NCBI GenBank assembly: GCA_963791045.1
Contig: CAWBQK010000006.1
Span: forward strand, 128,001-192,000
Length of the DNA: 64,000 bases
From: Candidatus Latescibacterota bacterium
Lineage (GTDB): Bacteria > Krumholzibacteriota > Krumholzibacteriia > WVZY01
Direction of reading: 5' to 3'
In this document: positions 39,215 through 48,018 of the stretch, in pieces
Numbering within the stretch: the stretch's first letter is position 1
Layout: each line of letters begins with the position of its first letter
Made by a program: the position numbers and the translations under genes
The notes under the pieces: generated by a model
What the model was told of the DNA's origin: nothing
The model's input: the letters and a program-made list of their open reading frames with translations, nothing else
Database searches by the model: none

Positions 39215-39676
39215 CTACGCGGACCCCAGGGCTTCCTGGAGTTCAGCAAAGGTTTTGACCTCCATCAATAATTTTCGGAGCGCCGAGGACTTGATTAGTT
39301 CGACGAGCTGTCCAAGAACCTGGAGATACAGATTCTCCTTGTCTTGCGGCGGAGCGATGATTAGAAAAAATAAATGCGTTGGTTTCTTGTCCAACGCATC
39401 GAATTCGACACCTTCAACTGATCGGGCGAACAGGACCGAAAGTTCCTGGATGGCTAGCGACCGGCCGTGTGGGAAGGCCACACCCTTGCCAATTCCCGTG
39501 CTGCCCAGGCTTTCCCTGGTCATCAGCATCTCCAGAAGGAGGTCCTTGTCCTTGAATTGGAGCTTTTCGCCGAGGCACTCGACCATCTCGGTCATTGCGC
39601 CACGCTTGTCCGTAGCTTTTAGATCGAAGACGCACAGCGACTCTTGGAAAAACTCTGCAAGCTCTTGTGGTTTCAT
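39215..39676 (-). CDS. ptsN: PTS IIA (Fru/Ntr-type) protein
   Basis: RE.LGSTGIG.GVAFPHGR; GV.FDALD.KP. Confidence 0.88.
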   Translation of the reverse strand: MKPQELAEFFQESLCVFDLKATDKRGAMTEMVECLGEKLQFKDKDLLLEMLMTRESLGSTGIGKGVAFPHGRSLAIQELSVLFARSVEGVEFDALDKKPTHLFFLIIAPPQDKENLYLQVLGQLVELIKSSALRKLLMEVKTFAELQEALGSA

Positions 39677-39788
39677 AATGACCTGCGCCGAATGTTAGTG
39701 GTTCACACCAAGTTAACAAAAAGCACGGGGTTTAACAACATTAAATATTCCACTTTCTGAGGAAATTGTTGGTATATTCGATCTTGTC

Positions 39789-40736
39789 ATGGAAAAAGGG
39801 AAAAACAAAGGGCTGGTCATTCGTGTTACCGGCAAGGAAGTGTGGGTGGATACGGATGGGGAGACTGTGCCGTGTCAACTCAGGGGTAAGTTGCGGCGTG
39901 AGGGGCAAGGATTTCAAGTCGTGGCGGGTGACCGGGTCAACGTAACCCTGCCGCAAAGTGGTGGCGGCGGCGCGATCGAATCGGTCGATCCGCGGAGCAC
40001 GTGGCTCTCGAGATATGCCGGCGCACGCTATTCGGGGTCGCGGGACGGAGCCGAACGGGTGATCGTCGCAAACATCGACACGTTGTTTCTGGTGGAATCC
40101 GTCAGGTCGCCCCAGCTTAGCAGGCGGTTCGTCGATCGGGTCCTGGTTTCGGCTGAAAGCGGTCACGTGAATGTCCGAATTTGTCTCAATAAGATCGATT
40201 TGTGCGAAGACGGACAAGATATTGAGGAATTCGTATCCGTCTACGAGCCCCTGGGGTACCCTGTAACCCCATCGAGCGCGGAGACCGGCGTCGGTCTTGG
40301 GTATATTGAATCCGTGCTCCAGGGCGGGATTTACGCGTTCGTGGGCCGGTCGGGTGTCGGGAAGAGCTCGTTGTTGAACCGGATCGATCCTGCGTTGAAT
40401 CTCCGCGTGGGGGAAGTCGTGCAAAAGACCGGACGCGGGCGACACACGACGAGTTATTCCCAACTATTCCCCATGCAGGGCGGGTTCGTGGCCGATACCC
40501 CTGGGATGCAGACGTTTGGGCACCCGGGCACGGACGCGTCGGTCCTTCCCCGTTGCTTCCCGGAATTTCGTCCGCTCATCGGGGGCTGCCGGTTTCGACC
40601 TTGCACACACTCGCACGAACCGGGCTGTGTCATCAAAGAGGCGGTTGAGGAAGGCACAATCGTGTCGACCCGCTACGAAAGCTATCTCGACATGCTCGCC
40701 GAAATCGGCCTCCGCGAGAAAGATCAATATTCCTAG
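39789..40736 (+). CDS. rsgA: Ribosome small subunit-dependent GTPase A
   Basis: NKID, GRSGVGKSS, GRHTT, DTPG, CRF.PC.H..EPGC. Confidence 0.95.
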   Translation: MEKGKNKGLVIRVTGKEVWVDTDGETVPCQLRGKLRREGQGFQVVAGDRVNVTLPQSGGGGAIESVDPRSTWLSRYAGARYSGSRDGAERVIVANIDTLFLVESVRSPQLSRRFVDRVLVSAESGHVNVRICLNKIDLCEDGQDIEEFVSVYEPLGYPVTPSSAETGVGLGYIESVLQGGIYAFVGRSGVGKSSLLNRIDPALNLRVGEVVQKTGRGRHTTSYSQLFPMQGGFVADTPGMQTFGHPGTDASVLPRCFPEFRPLIGGCRFRPCTHSHEPGCVIKEAVEEGTIVSTRYESYLDMLAEIGLREKDQYS

Positions 40737-40745
40737 CTGATACTC

Positions 40746-41879
40746 ATGTGGTTGACCAAGAAAATCGAAAGAGTAGGGAAGCGGTTTCTCATCCGCTTGA
40801 CGTCCCGGCTGATCAAGACACCCCGGGTCGGTGCGGATGATATTCTTGCCGCGAATCCTCGAAGGATCCTCGTAATCCGGCAGCAAAACCAGATGGGCGA
40901 CATGATCCTCGCTACTCCCGCCTATCGGGCTATAAAGGAAACGCTTGGAGACATCGAACTTGGAGTGGTCACCGCCCCGATCAACCGTAACGTTCTTCTC
41001 AACCACCCGTATGTCGACAGGGTTTTTACATACAACAACAAGGATCTGTTCGGCACGATTCGGCTGATTCGTGATATCAGGAAATGCCGCTACGATCTCG
41101 TGATAATACTCCACACCGTGTCGTTCTCATTCACAAGCGCATTGATAGGGTTGTTTTCGGGGGCGCGTTTCCGTGCCGGATCGACATCGGGACCGTTTGG
41201 CAATATGCTGAGCGAGTCGTTTTTCCACCTCGAGCTACCGCTTCCCGGAAGCGACGCGTTGGCGCGTATGAACGAGGCCGAGCACAACCTCTATCCGCTG
41301 CGCGGATTAAATATCGACTCTGATGATCTTTGCCCGATCATTGTTCCGTCGGCGGAGAACGTTGCGTTCGCGCGTGATTTTCTGGAGCAGAACACCGAAG
41401 CGGACAAGAAAACTATTGTCGTCCACCCCGGTGCGGGAAAAGCCGAGAATATCTGGCCGCCGGAAAACTTCGCCGAGGTCGTCAATCGGTTGTGCGCGGA
41501 ACACGAGTTGAATGTTTGCGTAATTGAAGGGCCGAGGGATGCGGGGAGCGTTGGGTTGTTCATCGACGCGCTGCGGGGGGGGTGCGCGAAGTTAACTGGA
41601 CGGGGAATCGGAGAGGTGGCCGCCGTGCTCCCGCGTGTGAACCTGGTGCTATGCAACGACACCGGTGTGATGCACGTGGCATGCGCCGTCGGCGCGCGTA
41701 CGCTCGCCGTTTTTGGCCCGACGGATCCTGTGCGATGGGCGCCGCGTTGTCCGGGTCTCGATGTGGTTCGCGCGAAGGACGGAAATCTGCGCGACCTTAC
41801 GCCGGAGATGGTTGCCGGTAGAGCATTGGATTTATTGAAATCAGTAGATTGGGCTGAGCGTGATCTTGAGCGGAAGTAA
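40746..41879 (+). CDS. Glycosyltransferase family 9 (heptosyltransferase-like)
   Basis: MGDMILATP, HPGAG...WP, NDTGVMHVA.A, FGPT.P..WAP. Confidence 0.9.
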   Translation: MWLTKKIERVGKRFLIRLTSRLIKTPRVGADDILAANPRRILVIRQQNQMGDMILATPAYRAIKETLGDIELGVVTAPINRNVLLNHPYVDRVFTYNNKDLFGTIRLIRDIRKCRYDLVIILHTVSFSFTSALIGLFSGARFRAGSTSGPFGNMLSESFFHLELPLPGSDALARMNEAEHNLYPLRGLNIDSDDLCPIIVPSAENVAFARDFLEQNTEADKKTIVVHPGAGKAENIWPPENFAEVVNRLCAEHELNVCVIEGPRDAGSVGLFIDALRGGCAKLTGRGIGEVAAVLPRVNLVLCNDTGVMHVACAVGARTLAVFGPTDPVRWAPRCPGLDVVRAKDGNLRDLTPEMVAGRALDLLKSVDWAERDLERK

Positions 41880-43703
41880 CTGCTTGGGGTCGAGTGTCAC
41901 ATTGTTGTTCCACACGTGGTACCCCGCCTTTTTTACCGTAATCTGGTGCTGTCCCGTTTCCAACTCGATGGGTTGATTCAACGGTGTCATGCCGATCAAA
42001 TTTCCATCGACATATACTTCCGCCCCTTCGATCGTGGACAGGCTTATCCGTCCCACGATTTTCTGCAGCACAATGTTCCGGGTTGAAAGCTCGCCGGTAG
42101 TGATGTTTAGCACTTCGCGATAGGTTTCGAATCGGGGGCGTCGGCACTCAAGCGTGTGTTCCCCGCGTTCGAGCTTGATTCGGGCTTCGGGGGAATCTCC
42201 CACGTAAAGACCATCAACATAGACTTCGCCCGGAGGCTCGCTTGTCACGGAAAGCCACCCGGTTCGAACAATCTTCGCGGGTGGCGCCGGTTTTTCCTCG
42301 GCGACAACCGCATTTGTGACCGCGGCGTCACTGGTATTGTCGGTCGTGGAATTGTCGACAACGATCGATGCGGCGGGCGCTGCGTTGAGGCCCGGGATGC
42401 CGGTCGAGTCCAGGGTGGATGATGCGCCTTGCGCTTGAACTGTGGCGTTGCCGGTCGGTCGAATGTAGGTCGTTTTGGGCGCGTTTTCTTCGGCAGGCGC
42501 GGCGATGTTTGTTGCCGGCGAAGTCGCTTCCGGGGTTTTCGAAATCGAATTGTCGGAGCCCTGGATGCTATCCGAAAACACAGCGGCCATGTCGAACTCC
42601 GGCAGCCCCGAGGCAAACATTTCGCTTTGCTGTATGGGAGCAGCGGTCTCGGCCTGACGCGCCGCGATAGCCTTGACATCCTGAATAACCTTCTGAAACA
42701 CACCCGGCTCCATGATGTACCCCACCGTCGCCGCGCAGCCGATCGCGGCGGCAGCGATCGTCGCGGTCAACCCTTTGCGGACTCTCCGGGTATTTTTCCG
42801 TGCGCGCCGCGTCCGCGGAAGTACCATCGTGGCACCATTGGTGGCGAGCAGTGTTTTGAGGTTTTCCGACGATTCTTTCAAAGACTCGAGCCCAAGACGT
42901 TTTTCTATCGCTTTTTTGAACTGGCCGGCGCTCTGGAACCGCGCTTCGCGGTTCTTGTTCATCGATTTGAGTACAATACTCTCAGTGCCCGACGCGAGTT
43001 CGACGCCAAACTTCGACGGGTGCGGCGCGTTGCTGTTGATGATATTTTGAATGACGCCCATGTAGTTGTCGCAAAGAAAGGGCTGCTCTCCGGTGAGGCT
43101 CTCGTAAAGCATCGTTCCGAGCGAGAAGAGGTCGCTTCGCTGGTCGACGCTTTCTCCAAACGCCTGCTCGGGAGACATGTACAGCGGCGTGCCGAGTATC
43201 GAGTTGGCCGCCGTGTGTTGGGTCGGCGCCTGAGTCAGCTTGGCGAGTCCGAAGTCGGTGATCTTCACCCGGCCCGTTTTTGTCAGCATGATGTTGCCGG
43301 GCTTTATGTCCCGATGCACGATGCCCTTGATGTGGGCGTGTTCCAGGCCCAGACAAACCTGGTAGGCGATGGCCAGCGCGTATTCCTCGGGGATCTGTTT
43401 CCACCTGTCGAGGATATCGTGGAGGCTTTCGCCCTCGATAAACTCCATCACCATAAGATACTCGTCGTCTTCGACTCCAAAGTCGATGATCTTGACGATG
43501 TTGTCGTGGTCGAGTGAAGCGGCGGCCTTGGCTTCGAGAATGAAGCGCCGGGTAAAGTTCTCGTCTTCGGTGAGATGATGGTGCAATTTTTTGACTGCGA
43601 CGACGCGGTCAAGCGAGGTTTGCATCGCCTTGTACAAGACGGCCGTGCCGCCCTGGGCGACAAGCTCGAGAATTTGATAACTCTTGCCGTCTGCCACTTT
43701 CAA
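41841..43703 (-). CDS. Membrane Ser/Thr protein kinase with two PEGA domains
   Basis: VAVK, HRDIKPGN, DFG, GTPLYMSPE; one TM; two VYVDG..G..P PEGA repeats. Confidence 0.92.
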   Translation of the reverse strand: MKVADGKSYQILELVAQGGTAVLYKAMQTSLDRVVAVKKLHHHLTEDENFTRRFILEAKAAASLDHDNIVKIIDFGVEDDEYLMVMEFIEGESLHDILDRWKQIPEEYALAIAYQVCLGLEHAHIKGIVHRDIKPGNIMLTKTGRVKITDFGLAKLTQAPTQHTAANSILGTPLYMSPEQAFGESVDQRSDLFSLGTMLYESLTGEQPFLCDNYMGVIQNIINSNAPHPSKFGVELASGTESIVLKSMNKNREARFQSAGQFKKAIEKRLGLESLKESSENLKTLLATNGATMVLPRTRRARKNTRRVRKGLTATIAAAAIGCAATVGYIMEPGVFQKVIQDVKAIAARQAETAAPIQQSEMFASGLPEFDMAAVFSDSIQGSDNSISKTPEATSPATNIAAPAEENAPKTTYIRPTGNATVQAQGASSTLDSTGIPGLNAAPAASIVVDNSTTDNTSDAAVTNAVVAEEKPAPPAKIVRTGWLSVTSEPPGEVYVDGLYVGDSPEARIKLERGEHTLECRRPRFETYREVLNITTGELSTRNIVLQKIVGRISLSTIEGAEVYVDGNLIGMTPLNQPIELETGQHQITVKKAGYHVWNNNVTLDPKQLLPLKITLSPIY

Positions 43704-43704
43704 A

Positions 43705-44436
43705 TCACCTCGCGAGAATCAAGCGTTCAGCCAAATACGAGGGAAGCCCTTCCGAAAGAATCTTGCTTTGACACGTCGATATGTCGTAGGGAATCCGAAG
43801 GGTTTCGATGGTTTCGCTTTCGTCATCGAGAACGACGACGCATGCGTCTGGGTTGCTATCGCGCGGCTGTCCGGTGCTGCCGGCATTTATGAAGTACCGG
43901 TAGCCGTCCTTAATTGTTATACGGTTTTCCCTGATGATCTGCATGGCGCCGGTGCGCTCTTCCATCGAAACGAGCACGGGCAGATGAGTGTGCCCGACAA
44001 AGCAGAACCGCTGCCCGATCGATGAAAACACCTCGGCCACGTCGTCGAGCGTCCGCACATAACGAAATTCCATGGGCTCGATCGGAGACGCATGCGTAAA
44101 AAGGTAGTCGCCGTCTATATAGACCAACGGCATGTTTGCCAGTGCGTCAACATCGTCCTCGTCCAGTGCGCGTCGCGTCCACTCCACCGCCTTGTATGCG
44201 ATCGGATTGAAATCGTTGCATGCAATCATCCCGGCCACCGCGAGATCATGATTGCCCGCGAGGATCAGATTTGCCTCATCCTGGAGAAGGTGGAGGCAGG
44301 CCTGCGGATCGGCCCCGTATCCCACCACGTCTCCCAGGCAGTAGAGCTCATAGGGTTCGAGCCTTTTTGCAAAATCGAGCACCGCCTTGAGCGATTCGAG
44401 GTTGCCGTGAATGTCGGAAATCAAGATGTAACGCAT
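43705..44436 (-). CDS. Metallophosphoesterase (calcineurin-like)
   Basis: DIHGN, GDVVGYG, GNHD, H, GHTH, N.GS.GQPRD. Confidence 0.92.
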   Translation of the reverse strand: MRYILISDIHGNLESLKAVLDFAKRLEPYELYCLGDVVGYGADPQACLHLLQDEANLILAGNHDLAVAGMIACNDFNPIAYKAVEWTRRALDEDDVDALANMPLVYIDGDYLFTHASPIEPMEFRYVRTLDDVAEVFSSIGQRFCFVGHTHLPVLVSMEERTGAMQIIRENRITIKDGYRYFINAGSTGQPRDSNPDACVVVLDDESETIETLRIPYDISTCQSKILSEGLPSYLAERLILAR

Positions 44437-44462
44437 GTCACCCTCCGGTGCGTGCCGCGGTT

Positions 44463-45830
44463 CTACTCGTGAAAAACGAATTCCTTCTTGCCGATTTGAA
44501 TATGATCGTTGTTTCTCAAGACCCACTCCTTGATCGGCCTGCCGCCGACCTTCACTTTGCGATGACCGGCCACATGCCTGATGATGTAGTTGCCGTTTTC
44601 GCGTGAAATCTCGGCGTGTTTTTTAGCCACGAAGAAACCATCGACTTCAATGTCGGCGGTCTCATCTTTGCCGAGCGTGAGACTTGATTCTCCGATCTCG
44701 AATTCCCGTTCTCCCGTCTTGGCTTTCTCTGTCAGCCTTGGTCGTGTGGGGTCGCCTTCGCTTTCCGGCGCTTCCACTGGTTCCGGGGTTGGCGCCGGTG
44801 CGAATTTTCCGGGACGCATGATCACTGTCTGGTCGAACCGCTGTGGTTCGGCGCCAAGGGCGATTTCTCGTCTGCTTTGTTTCTGGAATACAAGAATGTG
44901 TTTGCCGATTTGTATTTCATCTCCGGCGCTGAGAATGGCGCGGCCTACCGGATTGCCGTTTACTATTGTTCCGTTGAGGCTGTCACAGTCCTTTACATAG
45001 AACTCGCCCTTGTCTTCTTCGATGACCGCGTGAAGGCGTGATACAGCGAGGTTGTCGATGGCAATATCGTTGTCCGGGGTCCTCCCGATCTTGAAGACCG
45101 GTTTGTCGAGCATCCAGTTCCCGATCTCTTTCTCTTTGAACTCGAGGGTGACGATTGGCGGCTTCGTCAGGAAAAGTTCGGTCACGTCGCCTCGGTAGTC
45201 GCGGTCGACCGTTTTTGCGTCGACGGCGTATTTGACGAGAAGATCCTCATATACAAGGATCGTCAGCGGTTTTTCCGCGGACAGCGTGTAGATCTTGACC
45301 AGAAAATCATCCCGGAACGACCGTTCGAGTGGAATAGGGGCGGACAGCTCATGACAGAGAGCTTTGACCTCTCCCTTTTCGTATCTCAGTATCGCGAGAA
45401 ATTCATCCTGCGACGCCGAGACGATACAGCTTTTGCCTTCGTCTTCGATTCTGTCGAGAACCTGGTCAAGATCAACCAGTGAACTCAATAGTTTCAGCGC
45501 GGGCTTTTTCTGAAATAGAATCAGGATTGAATGGAGAATTTTGTTGTTCAACACATAACATGCCGCCCGCGGTTCGCTCATCCGGCCCGCCGCAAGTAGG
45601 AATTCTTTTATCGACGTTTCGACGAGCTGTCCGTTTCGCTCCGCACCGGCGCTGTAGATTTGACCATCCCTGAGAAAAACAAAACACTGATGAGTGTCGT
45701 CGCACACTTCCACGTAAACGGGTTGTTGTTGGCTGGTCGTGAGACCTTCCCGCAAAACTTCGTTGAGTTTTTCCGCCGAAAAACACTCGAATCGTTTGTG
45801 TTCACGGAGGTATGGAAGTGTGATTTTCAC
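44463..45830 (-). CDS. Double-FHA-domain protein with an uncharacterised N-terminal domain
   Basis: IGR...NDI.I....VSR.HA...D..S.NGT.VNG; second FHA LGK...ADI...HA. Confidence 0.88.
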   Translation of the reverse strand: MKITLPYLREHKRFECFSAEKLNEVLREGLTTSQQQPVYVEVCDDTHQCFVFLRDGQIYSAGAERNGQLVETSIKEFLLAAGRMSEPRAACYVLNNKILHSILILFQKKPALKLLSSLVDLDQVLDRIEDEGKSCIVSASQDEFLAILRYEKGEVKALCHELSAPIPLERSFRDDFLVKIYTLSAEKPLTILVYEDLLVKYAVDAKTVDRDYRGDVTELFLTKPPIVTLEFKEKEIGNWMLDKPVFKIGRTPDNDIAIDNLAVSRLHAVIEEDKGEFYVKDCDSLNGTIVNGNPVGRAILSAGDEIQIGKHILVFQKQSRREIALGAEPQRFDQTVIMRPGKFAPAPTPEPVEAPESEGDPTRPRLTEKAKTGEREFEIGESSLTLGKDETADIEVDGFFVAKKHAEISRENGNYIIRHVAGHRKVKVGGRPIKEWVLRNNDHIQIGKKEFVFHE

Positions 45831-45886
45831 CGTGTGTCCATCCTTGTCGAAGAATCTGTACGGGCTTGATAGTCATGCGGAAAAGG

Positions 45887-45901
45887 GCAAGAAGTATGCC
45901 A
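45887..45901 (-). promoter_or_regulatory. Candidate sigma-54 promoter of the FHA-phosphatase-kinase operon
   Basis: TGGCAT-ACTTC-TTGC on the minus strand, 56 nt before the start codon. Confidence 0.65.
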
Positions 45902-46147
45902 GGGAAAACCCGCATTCGTCCGCGTCAAACTCGCTATCCCAAAGCCAATAAATCGACTATGACGTCAGGTGTGTCGCACCCCGCAAAAGGGCAACGATGC
46001 AATAGAGAAGCGTCGACCGCATATTGCTAGTCGCTGACGGCATCAGTGTCGATGATCGCTTCCGTTGATGGTTGGTCGATACGAGTTGTTCCGCATGGTT
46101 ACTGGGAGTTCTGGGTTCGTCCTTGTAGTGTCTCGTCGAGATTGGAC

Positions 46148-46176
46148 TTGAAAATTCACGTCTTGTAGTGTACAAT
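46148..46176 (+). promoter_or_regulatory. Sigma-70 promoter of the cold-shock gene
   Basis: TTGAAA-N17-TACAAT. Confidence 0.6.
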
Positions 46177-46302
46177 TGCATGGTTCAATGAGGTAAAACT
46201 TCGGAAATAATTTGATGGTAGTAATACACTGATTCGCTTCGTTCGGAACCATTGGGATGGCCGCATCCCAGTGGTTTTTCTATTGGAAGGGGTGCAGATC
46301 TA

Positions 46303-46521
46303 GTGCGAGTTACTGGTAAAGTCAAGTGGTTCAATGAAACCAAAGGGTATGGTTTTATCAAGCAGGAAGCAGGCCGGGATATTTTTGTGCACTATTCGGA
46401 GATTCAAGACGAAGGCTTTCGCACCCTCTCCGAGGGTGAGACGGTTGAGTTTGAACTCAAAGAGGGTGCGAAAGGTCTGGAGGCCACAATGGTCATTCGG
46501 GCGCCCGGCTCTCCAGAGTAA
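46303..46521 (+). CDS. Cold-shock protein
   Basis: GKVKWFN..KGYGFI...DIFVHYS; GTG start. Confidence 0.95.
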   Translation: MRVTGKVKWFNETKGYGFIKQEAGRDIFVHYSEIQDEGFRTLSEGETVEFELKEGAKGLEATMVIRAPGSPE

Positions 46522-46547
46522 CGTTTCTGTCAGAGTTGTTTCTCCTG

Positions 46548-47987
46548 CTACTTGGCTGTCTCGCTGATTCGTTGGAGATTCCTCTTCGCTTTCTCGTTAC
46601 CCGGGTCCAATTCCAGCGCTTTTGTCCATGCGTCGCTCGCCTCATTGAGGCGGTCCATCCGGTAGTACGCGTTGCCAAGGTTCGTGTATGCCGGACCGTT
46701 CTTGCTGTTCTTCCCGAGGGCCTCGTTGTACATTTCGACCGCTTGCTCGTAATCTCCTTTTTTGTAGAAGATATAGCCGAGGTTGTTGTAAGCGGCGTGG
46801 AGCGACGAGTTGAGTTCGACGGCCTTAGTGAACGCATCGGTCGCTTTTTCCTCGTCGTCAAGCTCCGTGAACGCCAGCCCAAGGTTGTTGTAAGCCTCGG
46901 CGAAATCGGGATCCATCTTGACGGCCTGGAGGAACTGATCGCGCGCCATCTCGTATGCGCCGTTGTGAAAGCTCGTCACGCCGAGATTGTTGTACTTCTT
47001 TGATTCCTTCTTTGTCGAACGAGATTGCTCGTCTTCTCTGTGTTTCTTGCCTTCTTCGAGATACCCCGCGAGTTCTTTCTGATGATCGACCAGTTCATTG
47101 ATTCGTGTTTCCCAGTCTTCCTGTCGGGACGCGAGATCGAGAACGCGGTCGACGATGTCTTCTTTCCAGGAATCGAGTTTCTTGCCCAGATCTTCTGCGG
47201 ACTCTTTTTGAGCGCCGAGAACATCATCGACTTTTTGAGAAATGGATTTGACCGGCTCTGAAAAATCGAGCGCCTTGAGTCCTTCCGCGGTTTTTTTGGC
47301 CGACCGTTCGAGAATCTCGTTGATCGTTGATTCTTTGGGGATCGCACCATCGATGTCGGCGACCTTTTTCGAAACATCGTCCGACATGTCTTTCAAACGC
47401 GCCACGTTGTCGGCGAGTTCAGAAACTGTTGTTGAAAGATTGTCGAAACCCTCCCCTCTTTCCTTTATCGAATCCCGAAGCGATTCAATTTCCTTTTGGA
47501 TCGATTCGATGTCGGTGCCGTCACCTGGCTGGTTGAGCTTTTCAAGACGGTCGGTGACTTCGCTCTTGAGCGTATCGAGGCTGTCCGCCTGCTTCTTGTC
47601 GGAGTCGGCGAGGCTTTCGACGATCTCGGCGACACCTTTTGTCTGAAATTGCCAGATCTTATCGATATCGCGCATAAGTTCGGGCGATAATTCGGCCGAA
47701 GCCTGCTCGAATCCATCGATCTTTGAGAAAATCATATCGAAGCGACACTCGTCCGACGCGGTCTGGTAAAACCGGCAGGATTCCTTCAGGCACTCGAGCT
47801 GCGCCGAAGCGGCATTGACATTTGTGCCATCTTTGTTGGAACCGACGCCCTCTTCATTGTCGTAACCCAGAAGAACGACATCATCGGATGCGTCGGTTTG
47901 GCCGCCATCCGTTGTTTTTTCGCCCAGCGAAAGCGTGTTGTGATTCTCGTCTCCTAGCAGATGAGAGATAAACGGACAGATCTTCAT
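46548..47987 (-). CDS. Cys-motif/coiled-coil/TPR protein
   Basis: MKICPF...C.KESC.FY...C N-terminus; long heptad region; 4 canonical TPRs (AYNNLG). Confidence 0.8.
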   Translation of the reverse strand: MKICPFISHLLGDENHNTLSLGEKTTDGGQTDASDDVVLLGYDNEEGVGSNKDGTNVNAASAQLECLKESCRFYQTASDECRFDMIFSKIDGFEQASAELSPELMRDIDKIWQFQTKGVAEIVESLADSDKKQADSLDTLKSEVTDRLEKLNQPGDGTDIESIQKEIESLRDSIKERGEGFDNLSTTVSELADNVARLKDMSDDVSKKVADIDGAIPKESTINEILERSAKKTAEGLKALDFSEPVKSISQKVDDVLGAQKESAEDLGKKLDSWKEDIVDRVLDLASRQEDWETRINELVDHQKELAGYLEEGKKHREDEQSRSTKKESKKYNNLGVTSFHNGAYEMARDQFLQAVKMDPDFAEAYNNLGLAFTELDDEEKATDAFTKAVELNSSLHAAYNNLGYIFYKKGDYEQAVEMYNEALGKNSKNGPAYTNLGNAYYRMDRLNEASDAWTKALELDPGNEKAKRNLQRISETAK

Positions 47988-48018
47988 GGTTCATTGCCTC
48001 CTGATTCCGGGTTCCTAA

